From Camelus ferus (taxonomy: Eukaryota): a stretch of 64,000 bases of DNA. This document shows, piece by piece, positions 11,826-24,125 of this stretch. The notes beneath the pieces are model-generated. The model had not been told where the DNA came from. It saw only the letters and a program-made list of their open reading frames with translations, and made no database searches. Made by a program: the position numbers and the translations under genes. Within the stretch, counting starts at the first letter, position 1, and each line of letters begins with the position of its first letter. The stretch covers positions 10,540,001 through 10,604,000 of the forward strand of contig NC_045699.1 in NCBI RefSeq assembly GCF_009834535.1, in the 5' to 3' direction.

Positions 11826-14800
11826 TATGTTATATTTTCAGACTAGAAAGATAGTGAGATTTGGAGTGATGTTTCTTAATATTAATGCATGTACAAATTC
11901 GATCAATATTTACAGATATGTTTGGCAGATAGTAGGAGCTGGAGGACATTCTTCAGACCCAGCAGGACCTGACCGGCTGATCCTGGGGTATGAGGAGCTC
12001 AGGTACGTGGGCTTTACTAGTTTCCTTCATCTGGTGGACAGTACACTCACCCAGGTTACTCTAGCCTCCGGGTTCTCGATTTGTTTGTGGATTGCCCCTC
12101 TGTTCCCAGGGAGCTCCCAGTCTCAGGAACAGACTCCTGGACAGGCACACACAGGTGGGACAGAGCCTCTCTGCGTCCGGAGTGGGGCTCTTGTCTCAAG
12201 TGTATGCAGGCTAAGAGGAGGGAGACGTGTGAATAATCAGCAACAGGAAGGGCTTCCATGGAGAGGGCATAGATAGGAGGCTTGGGGTTTGGATAGGGGA
12301 GAGGGGAGAGGATGGGTCCTGCTGCCATCCTGGTTCTCCCCTGGGGCATCTGTATTTACAGCAGAAGTTTGTTGGGAGCCCTTGAGAGGCACAGTGACAG
12401 ACAGCTAGCTCAGCCGCAGATGTATCTATTTGAAAGGAATAGAGGTGCCTTTCCGGCGTGAGTTCTGGCTGAAGGTGTGGGCACAAGGGTGGAAATGGAG
12501 ATTTGGGGGGGTACTGTAGGTTGGTGGCAGGGCGGGCCCCACGCAGGGTGTTGGTCCCTTGAGGCCACAGCTGTCAGCTTGGGGCTTCCCATCCTGATGG
12601 CTCAGCAGGTCCCACGGTTTGGCAGGTGACTCACCCCTCACCCTCACATGACCCTGGTCCAGGAAGGGGCAGGGGGTATGTAGAATGAAACTGTGCGTTC
12701 ATCTATATGGGGCATATATGCTGTGCTACACGCCCGAGCCTGACATGTGTGCTCATGTCTGACTGCATACAGGCCACGTGGGCTGCCTAAAGATGTGGGC
12801 CACAGGCGTGAAGGGTGTGTGCCATGTGCCATGGAGGTGGGATGGGGCAGTGGACACACAGCTCTTCCCAGAGCACATGTGTGCATGGGTGCAGGTGTCT
12901 CCCTGAGAGAGGGATGCAGTTTTGGAGCCCGGTGAGCCATCAGAGAACAAGGCCTGGCTGAGTGGCAGGTGAGGAGGCTCCCTGATGGCAGCTAATCCTT
13001 CCCAAGGAGGGCTTGGCTGGACCAGCTGGCAAAGCCAAACACTCTAAGTCTGTGGTGATGGCCACGGCTTCCCTGAGCTTATCCCCTAAGCCCCCAGCTG
13101 CACACTCATCCTAACCCTGAGAGAGCATGCACACCCCATAGACCAGGCGCAGCGAGTGTGGGCATCCAGCCAGAGCTTCCTATCACCCCCTTTGTGGGCA
13201 GGAAGGACATAAAGGTCCAAGTGGTGTCTGGTCTGCTGGGATATGAGGAGAGCATGGCAGCCCCAGGTTGCCCATGTCCCTGGTTTGTGTGGCGCCCGAT
13301 GCCCTGGCATGCAGTGTGCGTGTGTATCCAAGTCTGGGTGTGCTGGCCCCTGACCCAGCAGGCGGGGCCTGGCAACGCCTTCCCATCATGCTCTGTGATC
13401 TGAGAGATGCTTGAAGTGGGGCAAAGAGCCTGGGCTAGGAGCCAGGAAGCCTGGGTTCTACCTCAAGTTCTCTCTTAGTGCGCCTGGAGAGGTCCCTTTA
13501 CCCTCTCTGGGGGTCAACTTTCCCACTGTAAGATGCAGAGGGGCAATAATCCCTGTGGGGCCGCCTCACAGGCTGTTGGGTGACAGATTCTCATGGAGGT
13601 GTTTGGAAAGCCAAGAAGGCTTGGTCCTGGGGGCTTCACAAGAGTGTTCAGTTGAAGGACTAGGGGTTGAATGCAGGTAACAGTTTTCAGAGAACCTGCA
13701 CTCTGCCCTACAAGGGGTGCCCAAACCTGGAGAAGTGAGTTGTTTAGAGTTCTGGGGCTGAACTTCAAAACAAATTAACGTTACAGGCCAAGACCTGCCT
13801 GCAGTGAGGCTGGGAAAGTCTGTCCACCCATCCTTGCCCCTCCCAACCCTGCTTGCCTGGTGGGGGTGAGCAGCAGTTTCCCCCAGACTGAGGTTGGGAA
13901 GCAGCTCACAGCTCTCCCTCTCTCACCCACCCCCGCCCCACTCCCAGCTTGTTGTCTTTCAGGATCACACATCCCGAGTTCAGAGTTTTCATCCTGAGGC
14001 TGTAGGCTTAGCCAAAGCAAACAAACACCATAAAGTCAACAAAACAAGAAAGGAAGCAGCACAGGTGACGTGGAAAAGAAAACTTGGAAGCCACAGTGAA
14101 GGTGCGTGGGCTGGGCTGGATGGAGCTATGTGTACCTCCTCAGAGCAGGACCCTGGGGCTAAGGCTGGCCCTGCCAGTCCCCTGTGGTGTGTGGGAGGAG
14201 GGTGATGCCTCCAGTGGACTCAGGCCAAAGGAGTCAGCTTAGACCACCAGCAGGGGTCGCTAGTGCTAAGCCTGGTGAGCTCTGTAAAAAGGATGCGGTC
14301 GGGAGGGGAGAGAAGTTCGACCCCTTCATCTTACCCCACTGAAGCCTAGGCTGTGTTGCCTCAGATGCTATGAAAAGCAATTGAGAGGCTGAATGGGGGC
14401 CAAGATAGTGGGTGGGAGCAGGAGTGGAACAGGCTGAAACGAGCTGGAGTGAGGAGCTCCTGGCTGTCTGCCCTGCCAGGCTGCTTGCCCCAGAGCTCAG
14501 GGTCTTGGAGTCATGAATTCCTGGGGATGCCCAAGAGACTGACCCCCCATACCACCCACAGGCATAATCACCCTCCCTAACAGCCTATTTCTCTACCACT
14601 TGGGGCAGGGGGAGCTCAGTTCTCTCAACATACATTTGTTGCGCACTTGCTCTGCACAGCACGCTATGCAGGCTGGAACAACCCCAGGAGGCTTCCTGCC
14701 ATAGCCCTGTCGTGCCTGGATCCCTCAGCCGCTCAGTGAGCCAGATGCTTGTTGACTGAGCTGATGACTGCAGGATGCCTGGGGCAGCCCTGCCCCTCAA

Positions 14801-15639
14801 ACCTGGGGGGAAACTGGGGAGTCAAGTCCGAGAGCTGCGCAGCCAGCCCATAATGGGAAGAGCTGGGAGACCAGCCACACTTGAGATCTGAATGGAAGTC
14901 CTTGGGCTTTGGTCTTGCTGCCTGCCTGCGGAATGAGCATAATTTACTCCACTGCCACCCCTGCCCAGCCCTTCGAGCTTTGGCCCTCGTATTGGGCAAG
15001 AGTCAATCAAGGTGTTAGGCGTGGGGTACAGGGTCCCTTTCCTCAAAGAGGCATCCTCTCTACCACACAGAGTATTTACTCTCCACCAGGCACTCACCAT
15101 GTCCCTCATCAACTCAATCTATTCACCCAACAACCCTGTGAGGTGAGGATTAGTATCTCCATCATACAGATGAAAACACCTAATCAAATATCTTGCTCAA
15201 AGTTGCCCAGCACCAATCAAGAAGCTGAACTGGATTCAAGCTCAGGTCTTCTGGCTATAAAATCCAAGCTGTGAACCACAACTCATGACCCCAATGGGGG
15301 CACCTCTTCTGAATAGCCAAACCCCAAACCAGCCCCACACTCAGGCTCCCAGCCAGGAGGTTCTTGGGTTTTCCATTGCTCTTTTCTGACACCACCTCAC
15401 TCTTTCATCCTTCTCATGAAATATCTCTGATCGTGACTCTCCTCTTTGCTCTGATTATCTCAGTACCTGAGACTTCACCATTACTAGATTCTTGCTTTCC
15501 TGCTGGTTAAGAAATTGCTGCTCAGAGTTTCTCCTTTAAAATACTTTAGTATGGAAGGATTTTGACATCAACTTAGGCAGAAATCAAAGGAAGAAACCAG
15601 AAGGCAAATGGCTGATGGGAACTTGACAGTGGTGGGATC

Positions 15640-16490
15640 AGGCTGCCACCCTCTGAACCCACAGACTGGTCAGCATCACTAAGCTTGGGGCAACTAGACG
15701 TTATGTGCCTCTGGATGGGGTACAGTAGGAAGCACACAACACAGCACTGTACACAAAGGATTCCCCTTCCAAAAAATTGAACTTAAATAAAATTACACAA
15801 TTAGAGCTAACTTCCTGTATAGTCTAGGAAATACAGGGGATGGAGGAAAAGTTAAATGGCACTACAAGGAAGCAAACACAAATCCAGAACCTGGACTTCC
15901 TACAGAACCACATTTACTCAATAATGACAGTGACATGAACAGAATGTGAACAGAACAGAAAAGGGAACAGCTCATTTTTAAGAGAACATGTAACCCATTG
16001 TAGTGAGTGACCTTGTTGGATCCTGACTCAAACAAACCAACAAATCAAGACATTTGGGAACAATTTTGGTTACCTGGTAGTTCCATGGAATTGTTCATTT
16101 TGTTAGGCATGGTACTGTGATTATATAAGAAAATGTTAGTAAGTTTTGGAGATGAATACTGAAGAATGTAGCAGTGAAATGACATAATGGCTGGAATTTG
16201 TTTTAAAATACTTCATAAAAAAGGAAAAACTGGGTCGGGAGGGTATAGCTCAGTGGTAGAGTGTGTGCTTCGCATGCACAAAGCCCTGGGTTCAATCCCC
16301 CGTATCTATTAAAAAATAAATAAACCTAATTACCCACCCCTGCCAAAAAAATTAAAAATAAATAAACCTAAAAAGGAAAAACACCTATGATACCAGAGTG
16401 CCAAAAGGTTGATGATTTTATGGGGTGATGGTTATATGGAGGTTCATATACTACTTTTGTGCATGTTTGAAAATTTCATTTAAAAATGCT
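15640..16490 (+). mobile_element. old L1M 3' fragment
   Basis: Degenerate L1ME-type 3' sequence (TTTGCATGTTTGAAAATTTCA-like end), split by a SINE. Confidence 0.6.
16237..16371 (+). mobile_element. camelid tRNA-derived SINE inserted in an old L1
   Basis: GGGAGGGTATAGCTCAGTGGTAGAG head, flanked by aaaggaaaaac repeats. Confidence 0.85.
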
Positions 16491-18209
16491 TTAAAGGCAT
16501 ATGGAGCCTGTGTCCAGGTGTTGGGGTTAGGCATCTCTGCTGGGAACTCATCTCTGCCCTCTGCACCCCTACCATCCCGGCTCCTCTGACATCTGCGCAG
16601 CTGGTGGGAAGCCTCGCTTGGGACTGAAGTGTAATGCATTGTCCCCAAGACAGGGCTAGGCCCTCTGGGTCAGGCACAGGGGTGTCAAGAGGACCTCAGG
16701 GCAGACGCAGGGGCAGCCAGAGGGAGCAGCTGAGTGACTCCTGGGCGGAAACTACAGAGATGTGGCTGTGAAGGGCGTTCCTGCAGATGGGCCCTTAGGA
16801 AGTGGACAGAATTGGGGGAAGTGTAGATGAGGTTGGGTTGGGGCAGGTGTATGATGCCCGTTAGATGCATGAGAGAGAGAACAAGAGAGAGATGTTGGGT
16901 CATGTGCTCTGGAGCAGTGGAGTGAGAACTGGGCTGGTAGCAGGACTGGGGCGGTGGCAGCATTCATGTGGTGAGAGGGACATCAGGATGTGCTGGGCTG
17001 ACTGCTCCACACGGCATGGCAGGCATACTTCCCTGAAAGATGTTCTATTTATGGGCCGACAAAAAATGTTTGTTTTAAAATAAGAAAATAAGAACTTGTA
17101 GGTTGAAGAAATTGTTTTACTGTGCAACCATCATAAATATATTCATCTTTATACAACAGTCATTAAAATACAATTTCAATTTAGTTTTTTATGGAGGAAA
17201 GGGCCCACAAAGGCAAAAGTGTCAAGGGCCATGAAAGTCAGAATGTGGCCCTAGCACTGGGAGGAGATGCTAAGGCTGCACTGTGGGGAAAAATGCCGCG
17301 GAGGTGGTCCTCCTCCCTCCATGCTCCATCCTTGCCTCTCCCATGCAGAGATGCATTAGGGCATCCTCAAGCTGGGCTAGAAGCCCTGACACCTGGGTTT
17401 GACTCACCCTGGACCTTTGGCTATGCCCCGAGCTGAAGAGATTATATCTGCCTGCTCAGCCCAATCTGGCTCAGCCTGTACCCCAGTTCTCCCAGTCAGG
17501 AACCCGTGTGGGCGTGGGAGGACCCTCCATTGACACTGGGAGAGGCCCGGGAACCGAGGAGGCCCCACCCGGCCCGGCATCCCCATGTTCGATCAAGCCT
17601 TCCTGGGCTCAGTGCCTGTGTCCAAGTTCCTGCCCACGCAGACCTTGGAACAGGCCCTTTGGGCAATCACTGTGTTCCTGGAAAGCTGTAAATCAAATCC
17701 CACTTTCCCGCAGGCTAGCACAGTCACTTCAAAGCTGCTTTCCTGCTGAAGGGGGGCACCCTTTGAGCATTTCCTCATGGCCTCTACTCCCTGTTGTCCC
17801 ACTATGTGGAGAGGCCTCAGGATTTGAGCAGGGATGGGGAAGGTATCTCAGGGAACAGCTGGTCCTCCAATCGGGAGGGAGGGAGGGAGGGAGGGAGACT
17901 GCCCCACTTGGGGAACCCTCAGTATGAGTGGGGAGACAAGGTAGTCACATCACACCAGGGTTGCCGGGACTTCTGGGCCTACCTCCTTTTTCAGGCTGAG
18001 CAGGAGAATGAAGAGGGAGTAGTTTGCCCAGGGGTTGCTGAGATGGGCTCCTTGCCCACTCCAAGCCCCCTGTTCCAGGCCCATAGCCCCTGACCAGATC
18101 AGATAGGGCACGTTCCTGCAATGAGATGCCCGCTGGCAGAGACCATGCTGACGCAGGCAGGAAAATATTAACCCAGAGGAATGGGCGCATGCTCAAGTGT
18201 GCACGACTC

Positions 18210-18272
18210 TGTGTGTGTGTGTGTGTGTGTGTGTGGGGGTGGGTGGGTGTGTGTGTGAGAGAGAGAGAGAGA
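18210..18272. repeat. compound (GT)n/(GA)n microsatellite
   Basis: Directly visible. Confidence 0.9.
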
Positions 18273-20274
18273 GCCCACAGAGAGGTGTTCACATCTAAGA
18301 TCAGATACAGACACATACATACATACACACCTACTTGTTCACACATATACATGTTCACATACAAACATATACAGAGACACAAATGCTTCTCGCACATGCA
18401 AATTTCCTCAGTATCATCTCTCAGCTTCTTTCAATGAGACACCCCCTCCTCCAGGAAGCCCGCCCTCACAGCTCTAGTTCATACTAATAAGTGACAGGCC
18501 TGAGTTCTACACCTCATGCCAAAGGAGACAGCCTGATGAAGGCTTTAGAGTGGAGCAGGCCTGGGTTTGAGTTCTGTTTCCCTGACTTACAGGATGTCTG
18601 CCCTTGGGCAAGGGGCTGTGCCCCCCTGACCCTGTCGGCCTTAGTCTCTGACCACTCTTTCCTGGAGGCCCATGTGTGACTCTGAAGAGGAAGGTTGAGA
18701 GTCTGGGGGAGGGTCAGGGATAAAGACCATCCCGGGTCCTGCCTGTGCCCCTACCCTTCCCCAGCCCAGCCGTGTGGCCCCCAGTTCTTCTAGTCTGGGT
18801 ACCTGGCCTCCTGGGGAAGATCTGGAGGTTCTAGTTTTGAGTGATCTTAGGCAAATTGCTACCTTGCTCTGATTCTCAGTTCCCCTACCTGAATAATGAG
18901 TTGGAAAGGGGACACTTACCTGGGTGAGACTTACGGGTCTTTTTTTTTTTTGAGCCATCTGAGAATCTTCAAGGTGTCAGATGATCTCGGAGGGACTAGG
19001 ATTCCTCTAGGGACCAGCACTCCTCTCCCACCCCATCCCTGCTTCTTCAGCCAGAGCAGCTCACTTCTGACTGATACCACCAGCTCCTGAGATATACAAA
19101 GGACTCTGTGTCTCAGAAGGGTCTGGAAAACCCCAAGCGGAAAACAATTTGATTGAAAGCACTTTACACGATAAATAGATTAATCAAATGGCATGTTCAC
19201 TGAAACAAATAGCTGAAATGATTCATTTTTTACACACATCAATACTTGGAGAGCATTTGGGAATTTTTAGTATCTTTGGGCATTTTCCTTTCTTCATTCT
19301 GATTTTTTAAAATTTCTATTTGCATTTTCATTCCTAAGGTTTCAGCCAATTGTGTGTGTCACATGCTATTCATAATAGAGAAGAGTTGGATACATTTAAA
19401 ATTGGAGACAGTTCTGTGCTGCAGACACATATATGATGTGGATGTGGACCTATTGGCATGGAAAGGTATTCTTAATGTTTGAGTGGAAAAAAGTACTTTA
19501 CAAAACTTTATAGAGGTTTCGTTCTGTTTATTGTTGACAAAGTGGGAGGAGATGTGTATAGGTGTATACATAAAAAAAGGATAAGAAAGAAACCTACCAA
19601 AATGCTTGCAGTTGTTCTTTTGGCTTATTTTAGGTAATAAGTGAATAAAAGAAAAGGATCTGAGATTTTTCATTTGTTTCCTCTTTTTAAAAAAATTTCC
19701 ACTCCAACGGTAGACAATTATATCTGCTTGACTTGTTTGGCTATGTGTTTATAAATATTTAAATTTTCAGTTAAGTTGAACATTAATGTCCCAATCACTA
19801 GTTCACACTGTAAGATTTTTAGTGTAGTGACTAAGAAACGGGAGGTTGATGAGCATTCGATTATTTCCGACCTTTTACTAGCAAAAGTAGTGTATTGCAG
19901 GCAAAATTATAATAAGAAAACTAAACAATTGCTGAAAGAGAAACTAAACACCTAAAGACACATCAAAGTTTGCAAAAATTGCTCTGTAGCACACCAGTAT
20001 TACCAATTCATTTTCAACTGATGTATCATTTCAACCAAATTAGTTTTTGACTTAATGGTCAGCAGCTGCTTTCATAAATCTTTTCCTGGACCCTGTCTGG
20101 ATGCCGAAAAGAAGGTGAGAGGACTGCATATCCTCCAACCCCACTTCACAGATAATGAAACAGAGGCCCGGGGGCAGGAACTGAGCCAGGGTTGTGCAGT
20201 GAATCTGATGCCCACCTGGAGCTCAAACCCAGGTAAATGTGCAAGGCATCTGGAGGGTCTTCGAAGAAGCCAGA

Positions 20275-20412
20275 GCTAGGACACCCATTTAAATTTGAAT
20301 TTCTGAGAAACAATGGGTAATTTTTTAGTATAGGTATGTCTCACATATTGCAAATATTATTTCTCTGAAATTCAAATTTAACTGAATATCTTGTATTTTA
20401 TCTGGTGGCCCA
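20275..20412. mobile_element. MER53-like palindromic MITE
   Basis: Inverted arms TTAAATTTGAATTTC / GAAATTCAAATTTAA around TAGTATAGGTATGTC. Confidence 0.7.
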
Positions 20413-22703
20413 CTCAGAGCCCACCCTGTGAAGACAGGATTCCAGGTGTTCCCTCTCTGCCCACACCATCCCCATTGGCCCTGGAGATCCCCTCAGGTTC
20501 TGTCTAGACCCAACTCTAACCCTGATGCTCAGCCTTGCAGTCCCTTTAGCTGCCTCTCGTCTCTCCACGGTTGAACTTTCTGCCTCCTCAGCCTCCACTT
20601 CTTTAGCACTAAGGCCATCCTCCATCCCACCAGCTCACCAAGGCTGGTCTCTCTTCAGCACTCAACTTTGGGGCCACAGCCTCCCTGCGATCCCCGTGGC
20701 GTCTTGGCAGCCTGGTGTCTGCGTTTGTATCTCCTTCCCTACCTGCTCTTTCTCAGTCATCCTCCTGTGCCCAGAATTCTGACCCCGCCCCTTGCCCCGC
20801 TCCCTTGTGCTTTCTGGCAATCCCATAAATTCCAGTGGTGGATGCCCAGGGGCTGACACCTCCTCCTCATCTTCTCCAGCCCAAGCCCAGGCCCAATTGT
20901 GCCCCTGCCTGCTGGAGGCTCTGGGCCCTCAAGGACCCCATTGGCTACTCTGCTCCTCTCTTTGCTTAGAACCCTTCAAGGGCTCCTCAGGCCCTTAAGA
21001 TAAAGTCTGACCCCATGTCCTGGCAGACAAAGTCCTTCATGGTCTGCCCCCTTTCCAGCCCTCTGCAAACCACTCACAGTTCCCAGAATGCGTTAGATTC
21101 TCTCACAATCCCATTGGGCTTCAAATGGCTTAAAATAACCACTACCATACATCCTCCGCTACTCATCTTAGAGGACTCAGCTCCCTTGCCATCTCTTCTG
21201 GAAGATCCTTGTCCCCCTCCAGGCTGGCTTAGCTGTTCCTTTATCCCCTCCACCTTATCACGGTGTATCCCCGGTCACCTGCTGTTTATCTGTCTCTCCC
21301 ATGACACAGACAGGACTATGTCTTCTTCACTTTGGGGTCTCCAGTGCACAGCCCAGTAAATGAGCCCAGGGCTTGATCTCTGACTCCAACATGGATACCA
21401 GTTCCCTCCCTCACCAGCCTGACTGCAGCCCAATGCAACTCTGCCCAATCTCTGACCTCATTCAAGAGCCCATCTCCACTTTTAACCCTTACCTCATCCT
21501 GACTTCAACAGCACACACAAGAAGGGAATAAAGGCAGGTGTCCCCCACTACTAGGGGTACATTGCTACCTTCCTGAATAGAGGACTCAGCCTCCTGAGCC
21601 CTCTTGGAGTCCGTAGAGGGGAGTGAGGGGCCGAACGTCAGCCATGGCCCTGCAGTGGAAGAATTCACTCCTTAAGGATGGTCTCTGACTGGGCAGCCTA
21701 CCCCTGCCTCTCCCTGCAGAGAGACCTGCTGGGCAAGTAGGGGTGAGGACCTAGGCAATGCAAGTTCCAGACCTGACCCGGCATACTGGCACCCTCTAGA
21801 GGACAGTTCTGCTACCAGAGCTGGCTTTGCAACCAAATCCTATACCACCTTCCTACAATGAGGGACTGCCAGGCTCAGAAGCTTCCTGGACCCACTGCCC
21901 ACCATCCACTACTCCACCTGGCAGCTCTCCTTACAGTCTGCAGACCAGCAACCTCTCTCTCAGCACCAGGTTATGTGCTCAAATGCCAAACTGGCCCATC
22001 TCTGGAGGCTCAGCCATGCCCTGGCTCCAGAAGTCCCCTCAGATGGCAGCTGGTCCTGACTCCACCTTGGTCACCCCACCTGCAGCTTTACATTCTGGTC
22101 TGGCTTGGCTCCTTCAGAGAGGCCTTGCTTGCTGTTCCCAAGGGAGGCATTTTCCTGAGGGTGGGGCCTAGGTTTCCCCTTCCCCTACTTAGATGGGGGC
22201 TTCTAGACGACAAGGCCCAGACTTCTCCCTGACACCAGACTAAGAACTTCCAGAGAACCAGGCTTGGCTTTCTACCTCCTCTCTTAGACTGAGGTTTCCC
22301 TGCAAAATGGCTTATGTGTCTTTCCTCTCAGACTGGGAGGCCCCTGAATCCAGGACCTGAGTCTCCACTACCTCCTTCAGGATGGGGGCTTCTTTAGGAA
22401 TGACTCAGGGTCTCCTCCCCAGCCCCTCCACCTGGCTGTTGATCTCCAGAACTTTCTACCTCCAATGCCCATTCTGTGCAGCTCTCCCTACAGTGATGGC
22501 GCTCAGGAGCCTCTGAAGCTTCCCCCGGATCAGAAGCCCCAGGAGGGCTTCCTCTGGCTCTGGGCTGGACACCTGGCTTGGAAGACAGGCCTGTCCTCCG
22601 GGACTGTGAGGCCCTGAGCGCCCACTGGGAGCTTCACCTCTGACCTCACAAGGGCTGCCTTAGAGCCCGGTCTCCATGGCGCTGCTGACAGGAGAAGGGA
22701 TGC

Positions 22704-22710
22704 TATTTTG
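22704..22710 (+). promoter_or_regulatory. candidate insulin-response element core TATTTTG
   Basis: Matches the T(G/A)TTTT(G/T) heptamer described for insulin repression of AQP7 and lies 53 bp upstream of the PPRE. A short motif that could be chance. Confidence 0.3.
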
Positions 22711-22762
22711 GGCAGCGCGTCTGGACTTGGCTCAAGTAACACAGGCCAAACCCCTGCCCCAC

Positions 22763-22775
22763 TGACCTCTCCCCT
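22763..22775 (-). promoter_or_regulatory. AQP7: AQP7 promoter PPAR response element (DR1, AGGGGA-G-AGGTCA)
   Basis: TGACCTCTCCCCT on + reads AGGGGAGAGGTCA on -. This is the DR1 known as the PPRE of the adipose AQP7 promoter, and it lies about 200 bp upstream of the exon 1 donor. Confidence 0.85.
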
Positions 22776-22849
22776 GGAAGAGCAGAGAAGAGCAGTGCTC
22801 AGCCCCCGCGAGGAGGGCTGAGAGGCGGGCTCTAGACTGGGGACACAGG

Positions 22850-22970
22850 GACAGTGGAGCCCTAGCTGGGGCTGCAGCCGGAGCCTGAGACAGTCATGGA
22901 AGGACAAGACCAAGACCTGCTATAACTGAGAAGCCCCCAAGGCAAAAGGACGCTGGGAAACACAAGCAGA
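22850..22970 (+). other. AQP7: AQP7 exon 1 (5' UTR); start approximate
   Basis: CTATAACTGAGAAGCCCCCAAGG resembles the human AQP7 5' UTR as I recall it, and the segment ends at a good donor, AGCAGA|GTGAGT (22970/22971). The TSS is inferred from PPRE spacing only. Confidence 0.7.
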
Positions 22971-24099
22971 GTGAGTCAGGCTTCAGGCAGGGCTGGGATG
23001 GGGGCCTTCCCTGGAGACCATTCGGGGAGGAGGTGACTGTGGGACTATCTGGGGAAGGAACTGTAGCTGGGAGTTGAAGGCCTAAATGTCCGTTTTGTTT
23101 AATCTTGAGCTCTTACGTTGTATGAGCATGTCACTCTTTCTCTCTGGGCTTCAGTTTCCTTATCTGTAAGTTGACTGTTGGGAGGACTAGCGGTGGAGCA
23201 GAGATTGGGAGGATGTGTGGGCTAGGCTGTCAGCAGAGCCTGGGGGTGGGATGAGGAGCAGGTAGATACCAGTAAAAATGGAGCAAAGCAGAAGGGATTC
23301 AGATCAGAGAGACAGGTCAATTGCTGGCTTTACTTGAGTGCTGTCTTCCCCCTGGAGTCCCCCTCCTGAGAGGCTGGGGCTGGGGCCAGAGGGTTTCTGC
23401 AGTCAGAGCCAGGGATGTGGACTTGTGCTGCAGTTAGAGGGAAGGGGCTAGAGAACAAGGGGGACAAGCAGGATGGGGAAACCCCAGGGTTACCTCTGTG
23501 TTGTCATTTATGAGGAAAACAGGAACACAAGGGGGAATTTTCAGGAAAGGTGAGAGGGTAGACTTTGTTCTCAGGTGGGTGTGTGGACTAAATGAATTTT
23601 CAGGACCTCATTGTGTGTGTGTGTGTGCGCGTGCACTCATGTGTGTGCAAGGAGAAGGTGGAAGAAGCCCTGGAAAGTCAGTTTAAGTCAGCAGCAAGAG
23701 AGCTTGAGGTTAGACTAAAGCTAATAATACTGCATGGGTGAGGATGGAGCTGCTGAGGGGAGGGTGTGGGCTTCTCCACTGTCCAAAGCTGGGCTGCAAA
23801 CTTGGGAAGATCAGGAGGACCTCTGCAGGGCCCACTCCAAGGGCCAGGGGTCCCGAGGCCAGCGTGGGTAGAGGGTGGGGCTCCAGGGCCTCTCCCCATT
23901 GGCTGAAGCACATCCACCCCTCTCTCTCCCTTCCTGCCAGCTCGGCTGGGTTGAGGGGTTGCCACTGGAGGGAGCTATCTCTCTGGCTTCTCCCCTGGGG
24001 GGCTGAGGTCTGAGGAGAATGAGGGGCCAAGTTCTGTGCCCCACAGACATAGTGACCTCTCTTTGGCTTCACAGCACCTAAAAATCTCAAAGACAGAAT

Positions 24100-24125
24100 A
24101 TGACTCACACAGAGAGGAAGAGGCG
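24100..24125 (+). CDS. AQP7: AQP7 exon 2 coding part (MTHTERKR-R); exon starts at 24075
   Basis: Acceptor CTTCACAG|C at 24074/24075, ATG at 24100, donor GCG|GTAAG. The 26 nt (phase 2) join exon 3 in frame. Confidence 0.88.

Noticed and set aside
1-22700. Many 60-165 aa ORFs in the ORF track (e.g. 5323-5820, 5541-5972, 17945-18397)
   Set aside because: They show no recognisable domains or exon chains and overlap repeats, low-complexity or microsatellite DNA; this is the expected background in GC-rich mammalian DNA.
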